Assembly (NCBI GenBank): GCA_951406725.2
Contig: OX597818.1
Coordinates: forward strand, 13,020,001-13,084,000
Origin: Octopus vulgaris
Lineage: Eukaryota
Direction: 5' to 3'
Length of the DNA: 64,000 nt
The notes below the pieces were generated by a model. That model was given only the letters and a program-made list of their open reading frames with translations, had not been told where the DNA came from and did no database searches. Position 1 is the first letter of the stretch, and each line of letters begins with the position of its first letter. Both the position numbers and the translations under genes were made by a program. Below, in pieces: positions 26,849 through 40,850 of the stretch.

Positions 26849-27229
26849 GTAAAAAATTGTTACCTTTGTATGGTATTTTTCCCATGCTGGCCACTTGATA
26901 ATATCGATATTTAAATATCGATATTATCCTTATTTATAAATATATATATATACTGGTTTCGCACCTTAACAAATATATATATATGTATATATATGTATAT
27001 ATATGTATATATTTATTATATATATGTATATATATATGTATATATATATATATATGTATGAGGTAGGTACGTACATATATGTTTATATATATGCAATATT
27101 TTATTAACATATTATACTAAACGCCGCACCTATTATAAGATATATATATACTCTATATATTCCCTTTTTCGTCTTTTCCTATAACTTGTCTCTTCCTCTC
27201 TCTCTCCCCCTCATCGCACCATCCCCCAT

Positions 27230-27285
<56 letters not shown>

Positions 27286-27320
27286 TGTATATGTATATAT
27301 ATATATATAAATGTATATAC

Positions 27321-27364
<44 letters not shown>

Positions 27365-27519
27365 ATATATATATGTATGTATGTATATATGTATACTTCG
27401 ATGCATACATTTGTGAATACATTCGGTATGATTTTCTACATTTTATTTTATGAAATTTTCTAATTCAAATTTAGAATTTTCTAATTCCCCAATTAGTTTC
27501 TTTTTTTTTTTGCAAACGT

Positions 27520-28200
27520 AATAATCAAGAGTCTCAACTGTGTTCCTGTGTTCCTCCATTCTAACTCTGCAAATCGTAGTGCGTGATATTTGACCTCCTG
27601 TTTCTTTCCGCCCTCGGGAAATGTTTCACTTCTCCTATATCTTTGCTCATTAGAATAAATCATTTCTTCTTTCTAAATTTAGATCTATTGTTCTACTAAC
27701 AGCAGATATTTCTGAATAATTTCTAGTTTTCCTCTCACGTACGATTCTGGCAACATCAAACTGTCTTTTTGTACATAGTGTTATTTGGGTGTTTGCTATG
27801 AATACTTGCGTTTTCGTGCACGATCAAATAGACAGAATATTTAGAATGTTTCTAGTATTTATATCTGCGTGATATTCAATATTAATGAATGTACAACGGC
27901 CAAACAACATCTTTTGAAAATTAACATGCTGCAGTTTTATGTTCAGATATTTACATAACCTGTCTACTTTCTTAGGGACACAGCTTCTTGTATCAATTTT
28001 GTCAGTGTATACATATTTAATGCTGTATGACCTGTATAATTGTTTTTTCAACCGACATATGATTTGCCTTTCTTTTCGAATCAAAATACTAGATAAAGGA
28101 TTGTCACATATTATTTCATCATAGATTTTCAAGTTGACGATTTTGGAATTGCATAATTCTTTCGTGTGAGTGATAGATGCGAAATGCGAAAGAGAAGGCA
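27520..28200 (-). mobile_element. Degraded LINE (RTE-like) 3' relic
   Basis: Weak motifs (VDRLCKYL, I.RGR, LEWR); heavily decayed. Confidence 0.35.
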
Positions 28201-28426
28201 TTTGATAGTTGTGCTGAGATATTTATCTCAAATCACGTCCTAATGTCTACAGACATACACATATGTTTCTCTACACACATTGGCATAAGCACACGTATGC
28301 GCGCACGAACAAACAAATAGACACAAAAACATATATTTATTATATATATATATACCTATACATATACATAACATATATACATATATATATACATACATAT
28401 ATATATATACATATGTATATACATAA

Positions 28427-28466
<40 letters not shown>

Positions 28467-28467
28467 G

Positions 28468-28501
<34 letters not shown>

Positions 28502-28502
28502 T

Positions 28503-28693
28503 AGGAAGAATTCACAAAAAAAAAAATAAAAGACGAAGACAGGTGGTGTAGACAACAAACAGATGTATTAGTTTAACGCTCGGGAAGTGAAAAAGTCTTT
28601 AACGTTTGAGCATATGCTCTTCTACAGAAAGGAACACAGAAAGAAACAAGGAGAGAAAGAGAATGTGTAGTGCCTAGCGATCTATCATGGCGA
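28503..28693 (-). mobile_element. ~190-bp TA-anchored repeat family H with a hammerhead-like motif
   Basis: Homologous to 43098-43303(-), 46637-46830(+) and 24225-24350(-); minus strand reads TCTGTAGAAGAGCATATGCTCAAACGTTAAAG. Confidence 0.8.
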
Positions 28694-30396
28694 ACTACCT
28701 AAGAGATTATATATATGCCTATGTATGCTCGAGTGAATGTGTGTATGTGTGTGTGTGAGTGCGCGTTGTGAAAGCAGCATTGAGATCAGCAATGAAGCAG
28801 GAAGGATATTAATATATTTTACATTGTAAATAATTATTCCACCACATTTGTATAATACTCCATATAAGCAAGCGACAGCATACCCAAAGTGTAATACTTT
28901 CCAAATCATCGCTCATTTTATTGAAAGCATTCAAAGAAAGTATAGCAAACTTGTAGCATAGGCTGATACTGTGACTTTAAATGAATATTTCTTAGGTTTT
29001 CTTGAAAAAAACCCATATACTTATAAAATACACATTCATATATGTACAATGTTTCATAAAAAGGGTTTACAACATTACCATTCGAAAGCAAAAGAACTAC
29101 CTGAAAGATTAATTCTATACATCATCATTATATTGGCCTGAATTGAAAAATCATTCTCGAACATGGGATCTCATAACATAATTAAATCAAGATATCGTTG
29201 TAAACGTAAGAATTAAAGTGTGCTATTCTGTTACAAAATATGATAGGATAGAAATGTTATGTCATTATGCCATATTTTGTATATTAATTGTTTATGTTGA
29301 CTTAATATTCTACGATTATCTGTACAATTCTACGTTTTAAAACCTATGTAAAATATTGTAAAATAAAGTGCAGAGTCAAACCAGGAGAAAAGAAAAAAGG
29401 AGAGGATAACGTTTCAGATGTTAGTTGAAACCACTGGATAAACCTAACTGGAAGAGGTCGCCTGTATATAAAAGATGACCGAGAAGTGGGGCGCATGGTT
29501 GGCATACCCAGAATGAAAGGTGGATGTAGTTTTCAGTGCAGGAACTGAGATTTGAAACTGAGTGTGGACAGTGTTATGAGTGAACTTGTGTGGATATTTA
29601 TATTAATGTTTAACCTGGAGGATTAGAAGCTGTTTTAGAGAAAAACTTAAAAAAGAAGAGAGTTCTATGTATGTTAAAGACTTGTGTGAGCCTCTTTCAA
29701 TAACACTTTGTTCGGATATGGTGTATGAATTTTATTGGGTACAGTCGCAATACGATTCCAGATTTAGAAGCATTACACTTAAATCTTCCGAGGTCACATC
29801 ATCTACTCTTAAGCGCTAAGCTTTTATGAATGTTCCTTTCAACGGAATCTTCATAAAAAAATACTGGTGAACATATTCAAGCAACAATTAGTTCACCAAA
29901 CATAAAATTAGATTCTAACGGAAATATATACACAGCCACTGCTAGTAGTTTTGAAACTCCTATCATTTTCCATTTTATTGTCGAAGCTGTCAGAGCATAA
30001 AATATTGGATTTAATCTTTTCGCGATTAATTTTCTCACATGAGCTTCATAATATAATCAAACAGAATACGAAGATTAATGAGGCAAAATGAGATATTATA
30101 TAATATCATTAAGGATATCAGGAGAAAAATTAAAGCCTCTATTGTGTCGGAAGTTAAGCAATATCTTATCGATTTATTTTTCCTGTAGAATATCTCCATC
30201 CATAGATTGTCATATGGTAGTGCGTGATTTTTGAATTATATCGACGCGCCGACACACACATAAATAGGCGTGTAAATGTATGTAAGTATATTTATATGTA
30301 TGTATATATGTATGTAAGTATATTTAAATGTATGTATATATGTAAGTATGTAAATACATACATATATATAGATATATATGTGTGCGTGTGTGTGTG

Positions 30397-32780
30397 TGTT
30401 GTGAGGAGACTTACGACGCCCCTTCTGAGAGGTAGACTGGTCCGAGTAAAGTATAAATAGTAATGACGCGAGTGAGTACAAACTTCGGAGTTCGGAGTCA
30501 AGTGAACTCGGAAGTTGACAGTTGTTTAGATCACAAGGAATATTGATCGTTGGTTCATAAAGAGATTTGTTAGTTCGTTACATTGTTTTTTTCTGTTGTC
30601 TGGTTATCTTATTTATAATACCTAGCAAACTACGTTACATGTGGCGACGAGGGTTTCGAAGCTCAGCTAGGTTATTTAACAATTTGTTCGTGATACAATT
30701 TGTTAAATAATGGGAAGCCTATTAGCTTCCAAAGCACAGTTGCAAAAGCAACGACAAGAGCTGCAACAGAACTTGCAGAATCAGCAATTACATGAACAAC
30801 TACAACAACAATTATTGGAGCTATATTCAAAGAAATCCCAAAATTAGATAATGTCGTTTGCGCCAGACGCCGTTTCGATTGCTTTTAATGAATTTAGTTA
30901 TAACCTAGAGTATGGTATAACTCTTGCATAATATTACAGAATGTACGAGGAGATTCTTAAGCAAGATTGCAAATCATGCTCAGCCGAACAAAATGTGAGA
31001 GTGTTATTGCGAAAATTAGCTCCGTTAGAGCATGAACGATACTGTAATTCCATGTTTGCTCAAGAAACCAAATGAATTTTGTTTTAAAGAAACAATAGAA
31101 TTACTGTCTAACATATTCGGTGATAAAAGTTCTCTATTTAACGCTCGAATGGAGTGTTGGAATACAACGAAAGAAGAGAATGATGATTTTATCACATACG
31201 CGAGAACAGAATATGTGAAAGTTTTAAAATCAAAAAACCTTACCCCTGAGATGTTCAAGTGACTTATTTTTGTACAAGGCCTTACAGCAAGCAAAGTTAC
31301 AAAACTTCGGGTATGAATTATTTCTAACTTGGAATAAGCAAACCAAGATCTAACCTTACATTCTGTGACAGAAGGATGCCAAAGGACGGTAAACTTAAAA
31401 CAGTATGTAGAAAAAGGTAAAGAAAAGGATTCCTCAAAAATGCAGATATACGGACGGGAAAAGTACAACCAAAAAAGAGCAGCACTTCCCAATCCATGTT
31501 ATGGGTGCGGAGGCATACATTTCAGAAAAGACTGTCCATTTAAAAATCAAAAATGTTACAGTTGCAAAAGAATTGGTCACAAGAGTTCACCATGCAGATC
31601 AAAATTAGGAAGATCAAACACTAAAAATCCTAGAGTGCTCTAAGCAGAAATAAAATTCGATTCCCAAATACAATACCAAACACTAATTCAGTAAAGGCAC
31701 TAGCAGAGTTAATGTTCGCGCGTAAAATAATTTTGATCTTCGATGAATTATTGCCGGAAAATATATATATATAAATGAAAGACAGAAAATACATTTGAAG
31801 GAAATACATATAGAAGAATGAGTTCATTTTAAAAATCACAAAAATGGTAAATAAGATTGCGAGGACAGTAACATGATGTATTTAATTAAAGGACAACGTG
31901 CGGAGACACTTTAAAGATTTAGGGATGAGACATACAGATGAATACAGTGCAATACCAATGGAAGTTTTCTATGATATGTTTGAAGTGCAAGAGCCTAGAA
32001 ATATTTAACCCCATAAAACTAGCTTCAGAAAATGAAAACATAAGAATATCTGGAAGTAATACCTAAACGGAAAAGCTATCAAATATTCAGAAAAGAAAAA
32101 AGGAACATGAGTACTAACAAGAGTATTATGTACAATGAAAAGAACAAGTACTGTGTGAAACTAACAATAATACCTTAAAAACAATCGGGCAACAATTAAG
32201 ATACAACTAAAGAAAAGATGAGTAAGTGATGCTGGAAAGAAAAAAAAATAAAAGAAAGACCACTTTCTCACAGTAGTCGAAATCTCAAAAGCGGGATTAT
32301 TGTGATGTGTCTTGCGATATCCCTTGCGAGAGATAGACTGGTCCGAGTAAAGTATAAATAAAACGATCCGAGTGAAATCAAGGTTCAGATGTCGGAGTCG
32401 AATGAAGTTCGTGTTAGTTCACAATGAAGTAGGAAGGTGTCAGTTGGTTAGTTCAAAACGAATAGTGATTGTTGGTTCGTAAATTGATTTGTGAGTTCGA
32501 TATATTGTTTTTACCGTTGTCTGGTTGCCTCATATATTGTAAATAACAAACTACGTTACAAAATCCAGTGACGAGGGTTTCGAAGCTCACGTAGGTTATT
32601 TAACACTTTCTTCGGGATACAACTTGTTAAATAATGGAAGACCTATTAGATTTCAAAGTATACTTGCAAAAGCAACAAAAGCAACAACAGGAGTTGCAAA
32701 ATCAACTACTACATCAGCAAAAAACAACAACAACAACAAGTATTGGAGCTATATACAAAGAAGTCTAAAAATGAGGTAAG
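30397..32780 (+). mobile_element. Mag-like Ty3/Gypsy LTR element, gag only (pol lost), followed by the start of a tandem second unit
   Basis: LTR1 about 30397-30639 and LTR2 about 32298-32560, both ending ACTACGTTACA. PBS TGGCGACGAGG at 30642 (tRNA-Ser-type); purine-rich PPT-like tract at about 32287; PBS and gag start repeated at 32561-32780. Confidence 0.88.
30710..31643 (+). pseudogene. gag: Gag with double zinc knuckle
   Basis: Q-rich N-terminus, FKETIELLSNIFGDKSSLFNAR, CYGCGGIHFRKDC...CYSCKRIGHKSSPC; frameshifted. Confidence 0.85.
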
Positions 32781-32820
32781 TTCGTCTTCGCGAATATGTA
32801 AATATTATTATATATATAAA

Positions 32821-32875
<55 letters not shown>

Positions 32876-32973
32876 GGTTATATTTGTAACGTATGCATAT
32901 GATATCAATATGTATATATTTATAAAATATATGTATATATGACTGTTTGTGTAATATATATATATATATATAT

Positions 32974-33962
32974 ACAGGAAGTACCGTCTCGAAAGTAATG
33001 AGAGCCTTTGAGAAAGAGGGGAAAACCACCTTGTCAAAACAAAACTCCAGAAGGAAACCAAAACTTTCAAACGGGGACCGTCGGAGTCTTTCTTACGCAA
33101 ATTATTAGTAAGGATCACAAAAGTACAGCTCCCAAATTTGCTGCAGAGCTTAATGACTGCCTCTAGAGCCATATTTTCACAAAAGCTGTTCGCCGGGAGC
33201 TGCATAAAACTAGATTTCACGGGACGGCTGCAATCAGAAAACCTCTACTTTCAAAATCAAACGTTTCAAAGCGTTTAGAATAGAGTAAAAACCTACAGAA
33301 TTTTCCCTAAACACTGTAAGAAGGCAATTTTCTCCGACAAGTCCTCTTTTACCTTATTTCCGACAACTGACCAAGTATACGTGTGGAAACAGCAAAAAGA
33401 AGCATTTGATCCAGATTGCCTTCTTCCAACTGTTAAACATGGAGGAGGACCTGTGATGTTCTGGGAAGGCTATATCTTGGAAATTCGCCGGTTCAATGGT
33501 TTCTTTTCATGGCAGAATTAATAGTCAAGACTATTTAAGCGTTTAATCTGATCAAATTCAACCTATGGCTGCGGAACTATTTCCGGAGTATAACGCAAAC
33601 TTTCAGGGCGATAATGCACCGATTCACACAGTTAAAATTGTTACTGAATGACACGAGGAACATTCTAGTGAAGTTGAACATCTTATCGGCTACCACAGTC
33701 CCCAGATCTCAATATCATTGAACATTTATGGTGCATTTTAGAAAAACAAGTAAGGAGTCAATATCCTACACCATAATCACTAAAAGAACCGGAGACTGTT
33801 TTAGCTGAAGAATGGACAAAAATTCGTTTGGAAAAAAGTCAAACTTTGTACGAGTCCGTACCTCGTAGAATTCAAGCTGTAATTAATGCCATAGGTGGTC
33901 CTACCCATTATAAAATAAATTTGTTTGAAATGTTAAGGTGTTCCCATTATTTTGTCCCACCC

Positions 33963-33965
<3 letters not shown>
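32974..33965 (+). mobile_element. Tc1 transposon, 3' portion with right TIR
   Basis: FSDKS, QGDNAPIH, PQSPDLNIIEHLW, LYESVPRRIQAVINAIGGPTHY; TIR GGTGTTCCCATTATTTTGTCCCACCCCTG-TA. Confidence 0.92.
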
Positions 33966-34018
<53 letters not shown>

Positions 34019-36022
34019 GTGTGAGTGTGTGTGTGTGTGCGTGTCTGTGTGTGTCTGTGTCTGCGTCTGTCTGTGTGTGCATGATCCAAGTATGAAGGTT
34101 TAGGATGAAAGTTAGCTTCAAGCAATCCGTATTAAATACAATAATCCTTTAGCTTGGACGTGTTATGTTTCAAAACCCTCGCGATGGGTGAAAAACCGTG
34201 AAGTAGAAACAGTACTATACTGTATATATTTTTATTATTTTTATAACTTATATATATTTCTTTTATCGTGAATTCAAAATTACACCCTGGAGGAATCGAC
34301 ATAAGCTTAACTAATGAACCTCAATAGGTAAACTGCAATATGGCGAGGGAATGCGTTATAAAAACCAACTTTCGGGGACTATGGTGGTTTATTGAGACGG
34401 AGGGTTGTGAATGTCTTTTTAATAAGACTTTCTTCCCATATCTCACGGTGGGCGATCAGGGTTGCCGGGTGTGCGAATAAGAATACAGAAATTAAGGAAT
34501 AGAGTAGGTAAGATCCGGTGTACATATGTTTCATAGGGCATAGAATCTCTGAAGCAGTAAAAATCCAAGCGTACCTATAGACTTACATACGTGCAGTAAT
34601 GCCTACATACTCGTAGATATAAGCGTGAGGTCTATTCCGTCATTTAAAATATTATTTTCCTGCTTATAATCTTTTTTTATTTCATTCGTCACAAATGTAT
34701 ATATATGCACATCTCTTTCTAACACGCTAATGTCTATCTACATTATATATGCATAGAAATACAAACATACATACACACACACATAGACACATACAAACAT
34801 ATACATACATACTGACACACTCATTCATATACACATATGTTTATATCCTTATGTGTTTCCTTGTTTTTATGTGAATATGTATATATCTGTACCACTATGC
34901 ATCATTGGTCAAGGTGAAAATTCGATTTAAGTCTGTTCTTGATACAAGATGTAGAACATGAAATATTTGTGTGGTTCTCAGTGATATGAATATGCGTATT
35001 GGCAGGGAAATAACAGTGAGCCTGTCTGATAACAAATTAAAGTGCAAGTGATCCAGAACTTGTGCATTAATTGAAGTGGCTCCTTCAAATATAAGCAATA
35101 TAACCATACAGGAGATTGAGAAACTCTCTAAAATATAAATAAAAATCCTGAAGTCTTTAATTATGTGGAATATGGTACAAGTATACTTTCACTTATTATT
35201 GATATGCTACCACTTGCCAATTTAGTTTTCGTAAAAATGTAAATCAAATAATTACCTTAAGTGTTTACTTAAGGAGAAATTTATTAGATCGATCACGTTT
35301 CTGCGAAGTAGCCTTACGTCCTTTTAAATATTATCTATATTGTAATGAAATATAAATCTTTTCTTGGAAATGTCTCTGCTTTAAACACACAAAAACTCTT
35401 CTAGGTTAAAAATTATACTTAAAAAGATAATGACAATGATATAATGATTGGTATTTAAAGAACACTATCTGAGTGTATGACAACAAACTTTTGTTTAAAA
35501 GTACTCTAAATTTTAACATCGACAATTATAGAAACAATTGAAAGTTATGTTGCCCATGATCGAACTTCAATATTTCAGGATTCCTTGTGGAACGTCACAT
35601 ATAAAAATATGAAAATAAACAGAAATGGAATCCAAATACATCAATGTTATTTAACAGAAAATCACCACTATAAAACAACCAATATCGTAAACTGAAATAA
35701 AGTAATAGCAAACGAAAGGGTTATAGTGAACACCGAATTGAGAATTTTCCCTGGTTACATAAACAGAATAGAAATTCTCCTATCGAAAGAGTGAACCATC
35801 AGTATTTTGTTATCGTCCATTATAACTATAAATCAAAAGCTACATGTGAGTGGTCAATTCCAAACAAAAGATTTAAATAATCTGTTTAATAAACAATAAA
35901 AACAAATCCTTCATAAACAAATAAATTTATGTGATAATAAATGGAGGAAACCTGTTTAAAAATATAGGCTTACACAAATGTATGGCCACAGGAGAATAGC
36001 TGAATACAGATAAGTAATATTA

Positions 36023-36362
36023 TATTCTACTCAAGGTACAAAGCCCGAAATTTTTCGGGGAGGATACCAGTCAATTAGACCGACCACAGTACGCAACAGA
36101 TATTTAATTTATCGACCCGGAAAGGATGAAAGGCAAAGTCAACCTCGGCGGAATTTGAACTCAGAATGTAAAGACAGATAAAATACTAGAATGATAAGAA
36201 AATTCTTTTCTACTCTAGGTACAAGGACTGAAATTTTGGGGTTGAGAGCGAGTCGATTAGATCGACCACAATACGCAACTGGTGCTTAATTTATCGATCC
36301 CGAAAGAATGAATGCCAAATTCGATCTCGGAGGAATTTGAACTCAGAACCTAAAGACAGACG
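36023..36362 (-). mobile_element. Two tandem head-truncated SINE family A copies
   Basis: Both contain aatttatcgac..gaaag.atgaa..gc.aa..c.a.ctcgg.ggaatttgaactcagaa. Confidence 0.85.
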
Positions 36363-37502
36363 AAAAAGACAAGTAATATTGGCTGACAACTGCAGCTCAT
36401 ATTCAGAAACTATTAAATAACATTTGATCATTTGTAACGTATGAGGTACGATGTAACTAAGTATAAAGAAATTAAACGTAAGAATGTAAAGAATATATCT
36501 GATGACTGAAACCATCGAAAGATAAAAGATGAAACATATAAAATCAGAGTATTGATATATATCACAAAAATTGCCCTAATACAATGTTAAGTATCAGGAT
36601 ATCGCGTTTTACTACTATATATTGTCTTAAATTAGGAAGCTTGAAAGGAATTCCGAATACTACTGGTTTCCTATTGCATTAAATTATCATGAATGTATTC
36701 ATGTTTTATAAACATGATTGTTGTACGTACATATAAAAATTAGAGATTATAAAGCATGAATTTTATTAAATCAATTACCATCATAATATCGTGTATTTGC
36801 TAATAGATGTTTCCTCTGTGAGTTGTATTGTAATACTCTAACAGATTTCTAGGACTGATTAGATTAGATGAAACAACTTTTGCACTATATGTTTATATCA
36901 TATCAACATTATTATCACAGCGTATTAGAGCAGATATATTTGTAGATCAAAACATTTGTATTGCTAGTCACTTCTTTAAAGGAAAGAGAAAATTTCCTCT
37001 ATTATTCTACATAGCAATATAATTATAGCGCGAAGGGAATATCCTTATAGACAACAATTCTAGACAGTCCATTTAGTCTACGCATCAAAAACGAACATAA
37101 TATTACACATATAAATTATTTTACGTTTTTGTTTGTTATCTATCTATCTAGCTAAATCTATATACATGTATAGTAAAATGTTGTGTGTATCATATAGATA
37201 GCAGTATGAAGTCCTCAGATAGAGAACACGAGACGCAATATATAAATAAAATTTAAGAAGGGAATTCAAGTAGGTTCAACAATTTGTATAAAGATATATT
37301 CAGCCATAAACCGGTATCAGTTATTAAAATATATTAATGTATCAATCATTAAAATATTAAAACATATTAAAAACTTATGACTACATAGATATATAAAATA
37401 TAATATATATGTATGAGTAGAAAATCAAATTGAGGTATATAATGTTGACGTATAAAAGTATATATAAAAATCTTAATAGATTAAAAGCGTTAAATTATTT
37501 TT

Positions 37503-37710
37503 TTATCTAGGCACCAGCCCCAAAGCGTTCAGAGAGAGTGCTGGTCGATTAGATCGACTCCAGTACGCAACTGGTACCTAATTTATCGACCCCAAAAGGG
37601 TGAAGGGCAAAGTCGACCTTGGCCGAATTTAAACTCAAAACGTAAAGACAGACGAAATGCTGCTAAGTATTTCGTACGGAGTGCTAACGTTTGTGCTTGC
37701 TCGCCGCCTT
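37503..37710 (-). mobile_element. SINE family A, full length
   Basis: Ends ctcgccgcctt (head GGCGGCGAG); Deu-like core present. Confidence 0.85.
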
Positions 37711-38299
37711 CGTTGGTAAAAATATTAAAGAAAATAAATATAAGTCCTTTCGAAAAAGTTTTCCATTAGAATATATTATAGTTGTGCACTTTTTAGTTGA
37801 GCTTAAGTGTTATTCATTGGTTACCATAACTTTATGTGTCGCTATAATTTATAGGAAAAAAGGAAAAAAAAAGAGGATATTTCAAGCTAGTGATAGTCAA
37901 GATATTAAGTTGAAAGTTAGGCCAGATAATATTCCGACATATACCTTTATAATTCTGTGTATAGGTTATCACTTTACCCAATACCTGCATTGAAAATGCC
38001 TAAAGGTTTTCCCATGTACGTGTAAACATCTCAAGGCCTGTTCTAGTGTACTGTTAAGTAATTAATCTTTGGATAGATGGATCTGGTACATTTCTTCTAT
38101 GCACAAATCACATCTCTTTTCCTCTAATGTATATCGAATAGCCGTACTAATTTTATCTCATTTTACCATGCCCAGAAAGGTTAATGTTAATATAGAATAG
38201 CGTCACACGAAAGTACGCAAACAATCTGAATAACACTTAAACTCAACTTAAAAGATGCACAATTGTAATATATTCTTATGGAACATTTTCGATGTAATT

Positions 38300-39645
38300 A
38301 AGTTTGTCTCTAATGCTTTTCAATCTTCTGTAACCATAGGAAAATCCATGATAGAATACCTCGATGTGATTTGACCTACTTGTACATAGATTAAATCACT
38401 GCTTTCAACTCTACACTGGTGTTAAGTGAAGGTCACTCTTGATATAAACTTCATTGCCTCATAGAATTTCAACATATACCCCATCACTTCACTTGGTATC
38501 TTAAAATAGCAGCATGTAAATAAATCGACTCAGATCTCTTCGAACCAAGCATGCAGAAGGACATGGAATTAAGGTTCACAGAAACTTTTGCTGGGTTGTG
38601 TGCGCAAATATTCTGTGCAGTAGAAAGACGTGTCAGTCATTATAATCAAATACTCATATTGTATGACTTACTGCAAAATTATAAGGTAAAGAACTGATAA
38701 TGTACCTGACTCCGTATTCTTTATTTTTTTGAGATCTACACTTCAGATAATATTCATAATCCAAGGACGTGGAACTGGAATTCTTAAGCGACAACACATT
38801 GAGACAGATATTTAGGCCCGTGATGGTAACGAAGGTAACCCCTAATTTTATAACCCTTTCAAGCCATATTTGGAAGCACAACTATATGAACACACCAAGC
38901 TGAAATTCGGAGATAATTTCTATAAATACATACCAACTGCAAATCCTACCTAGACGATTGTTCTTTTCTGTGGTTACATCATATGGATCAACTGTTAAAA
39001 CTTAATCAATCTGTGAACATCCTAATCATAAAAAATATACCATTATTGAAACCGGCATCTTCTTTAACTCAACAAACTCTAAATAATATCTACTATTTTC
39101 TTCCTGCCATCTCAAGCACGCAACTATGAATATTACGATTTAATTTAGTAAGAAGAATTTGCACAATTGTATCCAATTCTGAAAACCTGGAAAATCGGAA
39201 TCCAAGAACTAATATATTACTCGAAAGAAAATATCCGGGCAATTTAATTAAGAACGGAGTAGAAACGTGCAAAAATAAGAGACATTCAAGAATTAGAGAA
39301 AAACAAGAAATCCCCGGAGATACACTTAACACATTACATTATATATCAACATGCGATCCAAACATAAAACAGTATCCATTACAGTATAGCCCTGAAAAAG
39401 CTGCGAAAGAAAAAGCACTTGAAACATAAAAGTAATAAAAGCAAGAGCACCGAACTACCTACAAACTGTACAATCCGAACAGACAAAAATGCAGCGGCCC
39501 TAATTGGGAAGCGTATAAAGTTTCGATCTATGGATCCAACTCAAGGAAAGACTTCACCATAAAAGCTAATTTCACCTGTGCATCGAGGAACTTGGCTTAT
39601 GTTTTCAAATCTGGTGGATGTTGTGTTTACTACTTAGGTCACTTT
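38300..39645 (+). mobile_element. Degenerate Penelope-like element (RT + GIY-YIG)
   Basis: RQIFRPVMVTKVTPNFITL (GTAMGTK.AP-like), [35 protein letters not shown]. Confidence 0.75.
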
Positions 39646-39684
39646 ACATTTATATAAATGTACGCACACACACACACAAACATC

Positions 39685-39759
<75 letters not shown>

Positions 39760-39784
39760 ATATATATATATACATATATATATG

Positions 39785-39828
<44 letters not shown>

Positions 39829-39886
39829 TTCATGTATGCAAAAACTTCTTGTGTGTTTTAGTTTTACAACCGCTTTCGAGTAATTG

Positions 39887-39950
<64 letters not shown>

Positions 39951-39989
39951 CATAACATTGGACATGAATGTACCGAATGTTAGAAAATA

Positions 39990-40850
39990 TTTGTTCTGGC
40001 CAACAAAAATCAATGAATGCTTTCTGCTTTCTTAAAACCCATCCTGTAGTTATGCTGATATTATCCAGTTTTAAAACCTTATAATTAACTAATATTTACT
40101 TCTCACACCAAATAAGTAAAAGCTGTCACACTGGGTCAATCTTTCTGTCCCCTATATGATCCTTAGAGCAATTTAATTCGTTTTGGGTTTCTTATAATGT
40201 TTCATAATTTAATAAAACATATCGCTTGTTTATTGTTGCTTTATTACTTTGTGTCAGGCGAAAAGAATCGATACACTGTAGCTTTATTTACAGTTAACAT
40301 TCTTCGTATAATTCGTATGTTATTCCCTGTTGGTTAGGCGACTACTTATACCGTAAATCAAGTTGATATTACACTACTTGGTATATTGCCATAAATATTC
40401 TTGCTTGCCATTTGTGATTTTTCCTTCTCAGCAATAATTTTCACTAACAAGATAAGAAAGTCGAAACAGTTTTCATTTAACCTTGTCTTAGGAATCTAAC
40501 TTCTATTGTTAAGCATATTTCTAATACAGTATTTGGAACATGGAATATTACATTTAACTGTGTTCAGTAAAAATTACACTTTCTAACCTAACTACCAGCT
40601 TTCGCATATGAAGGGAAGTTGAAAAGCAATAACAAGTTCATAACATACTTCATGCACGTTTGATATGTGTATTAATAACTCCACTGGAACTGCTTTATGA
40701 TCAGTTTCCCAGGCACCAAGAAGCAAGGCAGATCTATAGAGCTTATCTAAATACGAAGAACCAACAGTGAAAATCAGTAGCCAACTTTTTATTCAATAAG
40801 AAATATCTATTTTATATAAAGACACCGTAATTATTTTGATCCAGCATTTT
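39990..40850 (-). mobile_element. Second degenerate Penelope-like relic (thumb/GIY-YIG), converging on the same TA tract
   Basis: Minus-strand remnants resembling LPY.G and CSKDHIG..R (C..YIG.T.R); weak. Confidence 0.45.
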
